Assembly (NCBI GenBank): GCA_964016885.1
Contig: OZ024740.1
Location: forward strand, 82,026,001-82,090,000
Length of the DNA: 64,000 bases
Source of the DNA: Eledone cirrhosa
Taxonomy: Eukaryota
Reading direction: 5' to 3'
The translations under genes were made by a program, and so were the position numbers. The notes beneath the pieces were generated by a model. That model ran no database searches, was not told the DNA's origin, and saw only the letters and a list, made by a program, of their open reading frames with translations. This document shows positions 25,500 through 38,411 of the stretch, in pieces; the stretch's first letter is position 1, and every line of letters begins with the position of its first letter.

Positions 25500-27970
25500 T
25501 GTTATAGAAACAGTACACTGCAAGTGGAAATCAGGAAGCAAAAATGAAAGAGAAGGTAAATGAAGAAAAAGAAAAGTAAAATTAAGTAATGAAAGAAAGA
25601 CAAAAGTGGAGAGACTGACATATTCTACAACCCATTCTGGGTGGTATCTTTCAGCTGCGCTCTTTGGAAAATATGATGATGGATTATCCGCGAAGCATGT
25701 CCAGTTATCTGATTTTACGGCGGAAACTACCTTTTGGGAATCATAGACACATGAGATTTGGACTTAGACAGGTGCTTTCCGAGGTTGCGGGTAACCTGAC
25801 GAGATTATAAGTGGAGATAGAGTTGCAGCATGTAGGTTCCTAGAATATGAATTTACCTTGTTCGAATTCGAAGAGAGTTCTCCTTTCTCACCATACCCAC
25901 GACCGAGGCCACTCCGATATGAATGCATTCATTTCCAAGATAGGTACCGATTGGTGAGCAGGACTTCAAATTGAACCCCACGTCAATATTTGGCTGTGAC
26001 AATTTTCAATCTCAATCGCCACCATCTATTTTGATGCCCAAAGATTCTATGATGAAGCAGGTCTTCGATAATAGAGTCATTAGCTGTGTATATATTCTAT
26101 GATACAGCACACCATTTTATAAAAGGGTAGTTTACATTTCAGGGTAAATTAGCAGCAATTTTCAGCATGCACATTGAATAATTAGAGGCGTCTTCGATGT
26201 ACCCAATATTCCATTAATATACATGAGATTCTATTCGGAAATCCTCTATTTAGAGAATTGTAATTGTTGGATTCGATGTAATCTCATATTCATCAAAGCG
26301 AATATTATATAGCTTCATAAGCAATTCTCTAACTCACGCTGCTGTGAAGTTCTAAATAGAGATGAACTCTCCCAATCTGGAGTAATCATATTTCACACTG
26401 CTGTCACTATAATTTCCTGGAACGGATGGCAAAATACAATTGCACTTTCACTTAGGGATATCAGTGACATTGATTTATTGGTTTCTGCAATAAGGATTAT
26501 ATTTTAATCAGTGTTAACTAATTCATCTTGGTACTCTAATCTTTTTGAAAGTTACATGTAACATAACCTTACCGGACCATATCCTTGTGGTTGTGTTCAT
26601 TATCTAGAGAGTTCATTCTATTAGTCAGTAGGGATTAAGTTAACGTATAATTTGTACTTCACAAAACCTTACCGAAAGCCTAATGACTAAGTAAGAATTA
26701 AAGAGAAGTCGGAAAAGTCCTGAAAGTTTAACAAACGACAATGTCCAGAGTTTGTTGCTTGCTAACGATTCTTATAATATATATTACAGTATTTTTTCAT
26801 ATCCAGTGGTTTTCTTCTGCAACATTTATTAAAATTCATTTGAAAGAACGCACCGTAAAATCCCTAACATTCACTTTCTATTCATAATTTATTTTATCAA
26901 TTAAACGTATGCTCTTTTTTGTGCATCGGTCTGTAAGACTCTCCTCTGAGTACCAATGTTAAACATATCTTTTAAATCATTGATATATTACTTACTACAT
27001 TGGAAATCTGATGGAAATAAAATTGCGATAAGTATACTTATCCCTATGGCAAGTGAATAATGTGTTGATGTATACCTTACGGAATAGTTAAATTTCTGTA
27101 ATATACTATCATTATCTTCCATAAGTTGCACCATCATATTATCTACACATTCTGAAGTATTCCTAATATAAACAATATTTTCCATTATGCAACTTATGTA
27201 GAATTTCTTTCGATTCAGTTTTCTGATGAAGAAACTGCTTCAAATATAAACAACTTACAACAAAGCATTCAAGGCAGCGATGCGAAGCATTTACAAATAA
27301 AAGAAGATGCTCTTGTGGTTCTTACCACTACAAACATAGAAGTATCATATTTTAGGTGATATAAATTATCGTTGAAAATTTGTTGTAGGTGTAAACCAAA
27401 ATGGCACGCAAATTCTGGAGGAGTTACGTATGAAGTAAAGTAGGACAAGCACGTGGAATATAGGCTGTGTCAATATATGTAACCAAGATACAGAACATTA
27501 AGTATATTAATAGAATATTAGTGGTTATGCCTGTATATGTAACAGTAACCAAGGTAGACAAGTTTTGTAAACGTGAGTACATTCCTGTTTGCAGAGTCTC
27601 ATATAAATTACTGGAATACATGTAGGCTAGGGTTCGAAAGAGAAGATATATTAGTGAAGGCATATTTTGTGGACAACCTCTTCAAATATATCTCATAACA
27701 GTCTGTTCGGTTAGGACCAATACAATATATAATCGAATCGCAGGAGATATCTCATAACAGTCTGTTCGTTTAGGACCAATACAATATATAATCGAATCGC
27801 AGGAGATAGGAACGCAAAGCGAACACTTCCGTATACTAGTCCAAAGACAAGTACAGGAAGTTAACGTAATCTGAGATGCATGATAATTTACTGATAATGG
27901 CTGAGTATCGCTCGTTCCGTTTATCATGTGTTCAATGGAAGTACGATTTACTCAATAGTGTCTTCGTCTG
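25500..27970 (-). pseudogene. Probable decayed leucine-rich-repeat transmembrane protein gene
   Basis: Acceptor tttcag at about 27968; Cys-rich start, then YAFTNISSL and, after a frameshift, RTLAYMYSSNLYETLQTGMYSRLQNLSTL (LRR-like); FICKC; hydrophobic SLAIGISILIAILF; donor GTAAGT at about 26993; then short AG..GT-bounded segments. Multiple stops and a 59-bp duplication. Confidence 0.4.
27688..27808. repeat. 59-bp tandem duplication
   Basis: tctcataacagtctgttcg..gcaggagata twice, one mismatch. Confidence 0.95.
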
Positions 27971-28389
27971 AAAGATCTATAAGATATTAAAGTATAAAAA
28001 ATGGATTTAAAACCTAATTTTAACATCAAAATAATCATAAATAAAATATATAATTATACACTATCATTTTATTGCATTTCCACATTAATTTTACTCTGAT
28101 ATTTTTAACCAGAAAAACCCTTTAATCATAGATACAAAATTGATATTTTACATCGACTTTAAAAAAAAAAAATCTGCATAATTATATTTTGAAAAACGAA
28201 TTAAACATGAGACGAATGCAGAAAAGAAATAAACAAATTGTTTACATTCGGTGACTGTATAGTATTATGTATTACAAGTGGGTTAATGAACATAATTAAT
28301 TATAGAATATCGATAAATATAGGTGTTGAATTCAGATATAGAGAAATACACGAAGAAAACCTATATCTGTCCAGAAAAACACACACACA

Positions 28390-29058
<669 letters not shown>

Positions 29059-29302
29059 GTATATATATATATATATATATATAACGGAGTTGTGGTAATG
29101 AACCAGATGGACCATAACGCACCAGAGTACTCAATACTTAGGGTAGTAGAGTGGGTAATAGAAAAATGTATGACCCCGACGGCAGAGCTCAAGCCGTTTT
29201 GACGGCTATTTCTGGACTCAGAAATAGCCGTCGAAACGGCTTGAGTTCTGCCGTCGGGGTCATAGATTCTCCTATATATATATAAATAATATATACACTA
29301 TA

Positions 29303-29335
29303 TACAGGGTGTCCCAAAAATGTATACTCTCTTTG
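29303..29335. mobile_element. Possible Tc1/mariner terminal inverted repeat remnant
   Basis: TA|cagggtgtcccaaaaatgtat resembles a mariner/Tc1 end; no partner end found. Confidence 0.3.
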
Positions 29336-29789
29336 ATTAGAACGCTGTTGAAGTGTGTATACATTTGGGAGGTGGGGGCACTCTGTATATGCGCGTAGGT
29401 ATAGATATGTAGAGTGAGTTTCCGTGCTATTGATATTGTTACAAATATACACTATGCTACTGTGAACATAATTATATAAGGATATTGGCAAGAAACAAAG
29501 AGATGTAAAACTAGAGTTATTAAAATAATTATAAACAGACCGTTCATATTACGGAGTGTTTCAAAAGTTAATTCAAATGTAACAGGGGACACATGATATA
29601 TCTATATAAAGGATTCATTTAAACTGAGTAGTAGGGCACTTCTACATTAATAGCAGTGAGCTACTTTTACACGTAATACAGCACCAAGTGTTTAAAATTG
29701 TGAATAGAATAAACTATACAATACGTACACAATGTATAAGTATTACGTTCCATACACAAATTTAGAGTTCATGGAAAATAATGTATACA

Positions 29790-30000
29790 TTTCACAATCA
29801 ATTTTTCGATCTTTGAAAAATCCGGAGATTACGGCCTTGAAGTATATTGTTGGTTGAAAAGTCAGACGACCTGCTGTGGAAGGTTCAGAGTGAGTATGCG
29901 ATCGATGGACAGCTTCTTCTTGTTCTGAGGTCTTTATACGAATGCTCAAGTATGTGTGTTTGTATAAATGGTACTAAGACGAAAGTATTCAATGTGAGAA
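29790..30000 (+). mobile_element. LINE reverse transcriptase fragment (RTE/L2-like)
   Basis: DLLWKVQSEYAIDGQLLLVLRSLYECSSMCVCINGTKTKVFNV matches the segment after RT motif 3 in non-LTR elements. Confidence 0.75.
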
Positions 30001-30002
30001 TT

Positions 30003-31072
30003 ATGTTATATATAGATGTACCGTTACTAGCCACAATAGTGTCAACTATTACACTTCTTCGCCGTTCAAGACTAGATTTCGAGAGCATCTCCACTCTTTT
30101 AGGAATAGGAGGCTAAGATACTCTACAACCCTCGCCAATTACATCACCGGATTAAACGACGCTAGCATTAGCTTCTCCACTTATTGGTAAATTGTCAACC
30201 AAGCAACACCCTAACAACTTCAAGAAAAACTGCCAGCTCTGTCTCATGGAGCTGTACTATATAGTGCAAGCACGCCCTGATCTCAACAACAGTCATGCTA
30301 AATCCGTCATCAATCAGTCGTTCTACAGATGGACCCCGGATAATACTCAAACACCATAGCACCAGGGCCTTTTACACCGCGCCCTGGCATGTCTTAAAAC
30401 GGTGGACTAAACATTAAACATCTGTGAACAAAACTATTATCCAGCCCCCGTCATCCCTCAGGGGTGTTGCACTACGTACGTCCAGACCTGATTACCTCGC
30501 CGTATTCCTCCACACTAACGGAATATATCTTGAGTATCTCTGCAGAATCAATGATTGTACCATTTAAACACCATGGATGTATAATCATGTAACTGTGCAG
30601 GGCCTGACGTTTATGACTTTACACTTCTCGACGTTTAAACCTATGTTGAAATTGCAGCTTCATACTAATTTAAACCGGTGCATAATTTCATAGACCTTAA
30701 TATTATTGAACACTCACATTCATACCTTAACTGTGCCTCTTTGAATTGGCTTGACAAAGCATAATTAAATTATCACGTAGTAACTAGAAGTAGGGGAATA
30801 AATAAATATTTTGTAATAGTGGAATGTAATTTAGCAGATAATTCCAAGTAGCACAGGAATTACTCCACTTTGTTCACAAACATAAACATTTAACTTTGTA
30901 AAAACGAGACATGAATTTCGATGTTAAAATCGTACTCATACCTATTGAGGGTGCTTTATTAGATCCTTTATTTTCATGTAAACCTCTGAGGAACCCAACA
31001 TGGGCGTAACATGTGTAAGAGCTTCTTATGAATATATTTTAACGGCTTGCTTCTCTTTCATCAATTTCTTCG
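30003..31072 (+). mobile_element. Decayed PLE 3' end: GIY-YIG and pLTR with mutated HHR (30983-31021)
   Basis: YRCTVTSH..FKTRFREHLHSFRN..STTLANYI..W*IV..CQLCLME; CTGAGGA-a ccca aca tggg c-GTAAC..GTA. Confidence 0.8.
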
Positions 31073-31165
31073 ATTATATATATATATATATATATATACA
31101 TACATAGGGAGTTAGGAACTAGCTGTCGAGACGGCCGGAGCTCTGCCGTGTGGTCCTGACTTTTT

Positions 31166-31217
<52 letters not shown>

Positions 31218-31233
31218 CACATATATATATATA

Positions 31234-31940
31234 TAAATATCTTTAAGTCGTTTGGAAGCCTCGACAATGCAAATGGGTAAATATCCGGGTAACAAGGTCC
31301 GGTGGTGGAGAGAGAGATGTAAGTGGGTGTACGTTGAGATGCGTGGTGTGTATAAGATGTGTGAGATGTGTAGAATGAAGGGAAGAATATAAAGGATAAA
31401 ATAGAAATAACAACACAAGAGAGAGTTACCTTGGGAGAGATTTAATAGTCCCTATATATTTCGGATTCACATCCATCAACTGGGGTTTTTTCCGGGGTGG
31501 GGGAAAAGGTTGTCTGTCGGACAAGTCCGGAACGCGTCCTTCGCTGTTTGTTGTTTTGAATATGTCGATATTCAAAACAACAAACAGCGAAGGACGCGTT
31601 CCGGACTTGTCCGACAGACAACCTTTTCCCCCACCCCGGAAAAAACCCCAGTTGATGGATGTGAATCCGAAATATATAGGGACTATTAAATCTCTCCCAA
31701 GGTAACTCTCTCTTGTGTTGTTATTTCTATTTTATCCTTTATACTCTTCCCTTCATTCTACACACCTCACATATCTTATACACACCACGAATCTCAACGT
31801 ACACCCACTTACATCTCTCTCCCCACAACCGGACCTTGTTACCCGGAGATTTACCCATTTGCATTGTCGAGGCTTCCAAACGAGTTAAAGATATTTACTT
31901 ATTGTTCCACAATGCTTCAAGCAAACTTCAATACTCTCTT
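31234..31940. mobile_element. Near-perfect palindrome of the terminus of the PLE at 11883-13757
   Basis: Arms 31234-31563 and 31568-31897 with a 4-nt loop (gtcg); extension to 31940. Confidence 0.95.
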
Positions 31941-31953
31941 ATATATATATATA

Positions 31954-32050
<97 letters not shown>

Positions 32051-32067
32051 GTATATATATATATACA

Positions 32068-32167
<100 letters not shown>

Positions 32168-32617
32168 CAAGTTTAAAGGTTATATACGAAATTATCAACT
32201 GAGAAACTATTAGCATCTATTCTGTACAAATATACAGTATAAATAATATGCGCGGGAATATACTTAATTCAAGGTGGTAAAAAGCCTAAACCATTTAAAC
32301 AGATCTGTTTCATAAAACAGCAGAAAAAAACCCAAACCATCAAATTTAGCAACCAGTAACATTCACCACTATCAATTGTGTTAATTAGCATTTCAAACCA
32401 GGGTTTTAATCATCGGTAAGTTTCAGTTTTTCTCTACAGATCTCACTGGGCATAAATTACTAGTTACCAATAAAAGGCTGAAATTTGAAATATTCTCCAG
32501 ATAGTCAGAGCAAGTATGTACGTCAATATTCATCTTTTTTCCATTTTTAGTGTTCTAACCCCCACTTTCAGGCTAGATTTTCTCTATTCAAAAATACGGT
32601 GAAAGCTTCTATTGCTA

Positions 32618-32690
32618 ATATATTGGGTCGTCAAGTATGAAATGTGTAGAACCCTCCCCCCAGATTTCTACAAATGTCATACTTGACGAC

Positions 32691-32698
<8 letters not shown>
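32618..32698. repeat. Hairpin abutting (TA)n
   Basis: tatattgggtcgtcaagtatga..tgtagaa pairs with ttctaca..tcatacttgacgacccaatata. Confidence 0.85.
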
Positions 32699-32747
<49 letters not shown>

Positions 32748-32844
32748 TATAATAACAGATTAAAGTTTAAGCAAAGAATCCGTGCTTTCACCCTTAACGG
32801 GATCTTCTGAAACTAACAAAGTCAATATATATATATATATATAT

Positions 32845-33222
32845 TGCATTGTTTTATTGTAGCAACAATGCAAATATCCGATAAGTAGCACTACACAATT
32901 TATAGGACTGGAGTATACATAATATAAGATCAAAAGATGGTTAAAGGAGTTCCAAGTATTTTTATTATGCGCATTTCAAAAACAAGTATCATCATGGGAT
33001 GATATTTGCGTTCTCATCAGATAAAATAGGGAAACATGATATGAAGCTTAAAAAACACTTGTGAGCAGTGAAGTTTTAAACTGCTCACAAGTGTTTTTTA
33101 AGCTTCATATCATGTTTCCCTATTTTATCTGATGAGAACACAAATATCATCCCATGATGATACTTCTTTTTGAAATGCGCATAATAAAATACTTGGAACT
33201 ATTTTAACCATCTTTTGATCTC
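32845..33222. mobile_element. Fold-back PLE terminus with HHR at 33124-33188 (+) and about 32960-33025 (-)
   Basis: Arms about 32924-33069 and 33080-33222; ttat-CTGATGA..GAAA-tgcgca-TA-ataa. Confidence 0.88.
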
Positions 33223-34137
33223 ATATATATATATATATATATATGGACGGTCTCTTGAACTCTATTTCAGATTTTGCAGGAATCGTGATGTCTCTTACGT
33301 CAGCGGGAAAGAGATATCAATGATTTTCATTCGTAATACACACACAACCATATGCGCGGAAACACGTTTAGTTACTCTTTAATCAACTAAATATTTACTT
33401 TTAACTAACCACTTATATTGGAAGAATATCGATCCACTTAAATCATAAATGTATACTTTTCACAATAATTTCTATTTTTTCTTAATTTATTTTTCTTAAG
33501 CTATGTACCGTTATATTTACTTCAGCTCTCTCATTTTTATAATCCTGTATATTTGTATAACATCTATCGTCTCTACATTTGTCACCATCACGCTATGATG
33601 GTTTTCGGCCAGAGTCTGCTACTACAAAATATTTAGCAATCCCGATCTGTCTGAATGGTAGATGAATAGTTCTAATTAATAGCTTAGAATTTTCTGGGGA
33701 CAGCAGAAACTCTGTCGTCACCAGGCAAGTTCTACCATCCTAGGTCACGCCTAAATACCCGCTATGCTTAGCATTGCTGAGTTTGTGCCATTCGGATGCG
33801 AGTCGTCACAACAATAAAGGAGAATGGCGTGCTGTGTCCGTAACTGATTACCTAATCTTTGGATTTTACACGTGAAAAAGTCTTGTGTAAGGAGCTAATG
33901 ATGTAACCGTGACATAGAAATAGGTGTTGTGATTTTGCGACATACAAAGATTATTTTTTAAACCGGTACCTACCACGAGATACCACATCTACGATGGGTG
34001 ATTCCCCAATGTTGAGTGCTTTAGCGTATTACATCCAATAACATTAACCGGAATGGCTAGATCTACCCATTAGTTAAGCCATCCAAATTAGATGGTACAC
34101 ACACACACATATATATACATGTATATATATTTATATA

Positions 34138-34423
34138 TAATTGGTGTTGTATGCTTAGAGCGTCCGTATGCGGTAGGCCGTTTGAGCAGTCGATGATCTC
34201 ACAGAGCAGAGTATGATCTCACAAAAATAAATGAAACAAATTTTTTATATTTTTTTTTTTAGAAAATCTGGTTCGTAGAATCAAGACGTATCTGAGGACC
34301 TTGCGATTTTCAGAATCAGCTTCGATCATCACATCGATCATGCCTCGAGCTGGTCGCCAGAGAAACGATTGTAATATGTCCAATAAATCCCATTTGTCGC
34401 AACACTGATTCTCTTTCCTTATG

Positions 34424-34502
<79 letters not shown>

Positions 34503-34788
34503 TACACTTCTACATACATATGTATATACATATATTTATATTTATATATATATATATATATACATATATACACACTTACATACATATGCACACATACACA
34601 CAACATATTATAGATAACGAGGAATCAGGATCTGTTACAGATCGTGCCTTGGGCTGGGCGTCGGGGAAACATATGTAATATGTTAATACATTGTGTTTTG
34701 ATGCATCACTGCTCTGCGCGAGCGAGAATCGAGTGCTCAAATGGCATATCGCCTACGGACGCATTTATTGCAACCATACATCAACTAT
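34138..34788. mobile_element. Old MITE-like element with diverged terminal inverted repeats of about 80 bp
   Basis: gcgtccgtatgcggtaggccgtttgagcagtcgat versus the inverse atcgagtgctcaaatggcatatcgcctacggacgc; TA context; no HHR seen. Confidence 0.55.
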
Positions 34789-34799
34789 ATATATATATA

Positions 34800-35743
34800 C
34801 TTAAGGTAAACATTGATGCAATTTCTTTCGAACACTCAACGTACTTTTTCCACATAGGAGTGACGGAGTATATATCGAATAAGAAAAAGCGAAGTAGTTT
34901 CAGATGTTAAAGTCCTTTAATGATAATGCTGTGATACATATTTTAATGACGACAGTGGCCACACGCTCCGGTGTGCCCAGTGCCGTGACATCATCAGACA
35001 GCTTCTAACATAATAAGGTTATGTTTCCCAAGCAATTCAAATTGAATTGACTTAGGAACGGACAAAGCGTGTGCTCTTGAATTCTTCGCCCGTTCCCCTG
35101 TGACTCCCAATTCACCCCCACCGGTCTGCGCAGGTGCAAGTTCGAAGGAAGTTGACCATCAACTACTCCAAAGTTCTACGAAACTCGCCTGGACAGGCCC
35201 CCCTCTCAACCAAACAATCACCCCATCCAGGTCTGTAATATGATAAGGTTATAGTTTACTGCTAGTCACCCTGCCCGTGGCAGTTGGCCGAAAGCTAGTG
35301 GGGGTGGGAGACCTATTGAAACTCATATTCTCCCACCCTCACTAGCTTTCGGCCAACTACTACTGGCAGGGTGACTAGCAGTAAACTATAACTGTGTCAT
35401 ATTACAGACCTGGATGGGGTGATTGTTTAGTTGAGAGGGGGGCCTGCCTAGGCGAGTTTCGTAGAACTTTGGGGTAGTTGACGGTCAACTTCCTTCGGAC
35501 TTGCGCCTGCGCAGACCGGTGGGGGTGAATTTGGACTCAGAGGGGAACGAGCGAAGAATTCAAGAGCACACGCTTTGTCCGTTCCCATGTCGATTCAATT
35601 TGGATTGCCTGGGAAACATATCCTTATTACGTAAGAAGCTGTCTGATGATGTCACGCCACTGGGCACACCGAAGTGTGTGGCCACTGTCGTCCTTGAAAT
35701 ATGTATCAAAGAATTATCATTAAAGAACTTTAACATCTGAAAC

Positions 35744-35744
<1 letters not shown>
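34800..35744. mobile_element. Fold-back of family F
   Basis: Arms about 34893-35310 and 35330-35744; similar to 21071-22933. Confidence 0.9.
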
Positions 35745-35836
<92 letters not shown>

Positions 35837-35839
<3 letters not shown>

Positions 35840-36152
35840 GAAAGGTATAGAAATTGTTTTAGCGAGAAGCTAACAGTATTTCAGAACATATATGCGACTA
35901 TGGCGTCAAGATGGGAAAAATAGTTAACGTAAGAAGTAGGAAAAATAATTCAGACTCATCTCAACAGAGAATCAGGATATAAATTCATCCACAGAAATCA
36001 ATAGAGCATTAACTCATGATAAAATAAAGTCAAAAATACTTATCCTTCAATTTAGAAAAACATCAAATGCTCTGTCCAGTGTTAAAGACTATTTCATGAA
36101 AACTTTCAGTGGAGATGGTCACGGTTGGTTTTCAATCGTCAGCAGAGCTAAA

Positions 36153-36157
<5 letters not shown>
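35837..36157 (-). mobile_element. PLE-type terminus with HHR (36069-36148), cleavage triplet mutated
   Basis: gctctg-CTGACGA-ttgaaaac..gttttcat-GAAA-tagt..actg-GA-cagagc. Confidence 0.7.
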
Positions 36158-36194
<37 letters not shown>

Positions 36195-36197
<3 letters not shown>

Positions 36198-36825
36198 CAA
36201 AGATCGGAATTAAGAGTATTCCGCAGTTCCCAGTAATAATAATAATATTAGCTCAAAGAAGAATAGACCATTTTCTTCTAAAATGCAAATATATTACAAA
36301 AACAGAAGTGTGTTACACACTGAGATGTGTATAAGGAATTATTACAAGTGAGTTTTACCGTTAGTGTATAGAGAACAATATCTACAGGTTTAGCAATTAA
36401 ATAGAAACAAAACTAAGTCAGAATCAAATCGCTGAATTAGAGTTTTAAATTACCAACCTTATAACTATAAGTTTGCTGAAACGAATCCCATTCGTTCCCC
36501 ACCTATATGTGCAGGATCCTCAGTCAGCAAATCTGATTCTTTTCACGACACATCTAACCTCATGGATAGCGAGGAAGCTAATATACACGCTGCCCAGAGT
36601 AGGGCGAAATCACGTGTTATTTGCATCAAATAACGGCTCTCATGGATTGGGGAAGATGCTAGAGAGGGCAGCCCAACCAGATTTGATTCTGACTTAGTTT
36701 TTTTCTATTTAATTGCTAAACCTGTAGATAGTGTTCCTATACAGTAACGGTAAAACTCACTTGTAATAAATCTTTACACACATCTCACTGTGTAACACAC
36801 TTCTCTTTGTGTAATATATTTGTAT
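36195..36825. mobile_element. Fold-back insert in (TA)n
   Basis: Arms about 36283-36430 and 36679-36824. Confidence 0.8.
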
Positions 36826-37137
36826 ATATATATATATATATATAAAAACAAATAACGAAACGAAATTAAATTTCGTTTCGTTTGTAACTCACTTTTGTAT
36901 GACTGACGCTTAAACAATTAAGTTAAAAATGTACATCTACATATGCATACTGAAATACTAGTGTGCATATGAATACACACACGTATACATATGTAGGTGT
37001 AACAAGTCTTTCACTGGTTGCTTTACTGTGAGCAACCCAGCTATTCTGTATGTAAACACACAGACAAACCGGTTTTTAGAGTCATACTGGTTTACGAGGG
37101 AACACCTTCCCTCTATTCTCCAGAAAGCCAGACAAGG

Positions 37138-37182
37138 AATATTGAACTAGTTTCGTTGTTGTTACAACTCATCAGCAATATT
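37138..37182 (-). ncRNA. Canonical minimal type I HHR; second copy at 37605-37649
   Basis: aatattg-CTGATGA-gttgt aaca acaac-GAAA-ctag-TT-caatatt. Confidence 0.9.
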
Positions 37183-37227
37183 TACCTATCTACAGGCCCT
37201 TCTGGAGAATTGTAAAAGCACATATCG

Positions 37228-37275
37228 TTATATGATTTTTCTATGAAAATTAGTAGTGGGCAGACCAATTTGCAT
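37228..37275 (-). promoter_or_regulatory. Putative snRNA-type promoter module (octamer, PSE-like segment, TATA)
   Basis: ATGCAAAT with TATAA starting 43 nt later; same spacing at 47920-47969 (+) and, at 42 nt, at 40941-40988 (-). Confidence 0.5.
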
Positions 37276-38217
37276 AGAGTGTGAGTACGCACCGGTTCAG
37301 CGGAGACGATAAAAACAAATAACGAAACGAAATTAAATTTCGTTTCGTTTGTAACTCACTTTTGTATGACTGACGCTTAAACAATTAAGTTAAAAATGTA
37401 CATCTACATATGCATACTGAAATACTAGTGTGCATATGAATACACACACGTATACATATATAGGTGTAACAAGTCTTTCACTGGTTGCTTTACTGTGAGC
37501 AACCCAGCTATTCTGTATGTAAACACACAGACAAACCGGTTCTTAGAGTCATACTGGTTTACGAGGGAACACCTTCCCTCTATTCTCCAGAAAGCCAGAC
37601 AAGGAATATTGAACTAGTTTCGTTGTTGTTACAACTCATCAGCAATATTTACCTATCTACCGGCCCTTCTGGAGAATTGTAAAAGCACATATCGTTATAT
37701 GCTTTTCCTATGAAAATTAGTAGTGGGCAGACCAATTTGCATAGAGTGTGAGTACGCACCGGTTCAGCGGAGACGATAAAAACAAATAACGAAACGAAAT
37801 TAAATTTCGTTTCGTTTGTAACTCACTTTTGTATGACTGACGCTTAAACAATTAAGTTAAAAATGTACATCTACATATGCATACTGAAATACTAGTGTGC
37901 ATATGAATACACACACGTATACATATGTAGGTGTAACAAGTCTTTCACTGGTTGCTTTACTGTGAGCAACCCAGCTATTCCTTGTCTGGCTTTCTGGAGA
38001 ATAGAGGGAAGGTGTTCCCTCGTAAACCAGTATGACTCTAAAAACCGGTTTGTCTGTGTGTTTACATACAGAATAGCTGGGTTGCTCACAGTAAAGCAAC
38101 CAGTGAAAGACTTGTTACACCTACATATGTATACGTGTGTGTATTCATATGCACACTAGTATTTCAGTAAGCATATGTAGATGTACATTTTTAACTTAAT
38201 TGTATATATATATATAT

Positions 38218-38367
38218 ACGATATTAATAAATGGAAACTATATTTATAAAACCATATTTATTTCATTATACATATTTCAGGGATTCCAAATTAAATTATG
38301 GTATGCCTACATCAGTTGTAAAAATGTTTATTTGTTGTATCCCAACAATTTTAAATAGAACTTTTGC

Positions 38368-38370
<3 letters not shown>
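38218..38370 (-). mobile_element. PLE-type terminus with degenerate HHR; second copy at about 46622-46725
   Basis: The two copies align; cores read ctgatgt and ccgatga, followed by GAAA-tatgta-TA. Confidence 0.65.

Positions 38371-38409
<39 letters not shown>

Positions 38410-38411
<2 letters not shown>

Larger units (their letters stand above)
36842..38202 (-). mobile_element. 467-bp tandem retrozyme-like array (2.4 units) plus inverted partial unit
   Basis: Units start at 36842, 37309 and 37776; inverted arm at 37976-38202; one HHR per unit; non-coding. Confidence 0.92.

Noticed and set aside
36716-36770. HHR in the 36195-36825 fold-back (CTGTAGA..AAAAC..GTA)
   Set aside because: G12 is absent in both arms and stem I does not pair.
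36842-37980. CRISPR-like array or simple satellite
   Set aside because: Whole 467-bp units repeat without unique spacers, each contains an HHR, and the context is eukaryotic.
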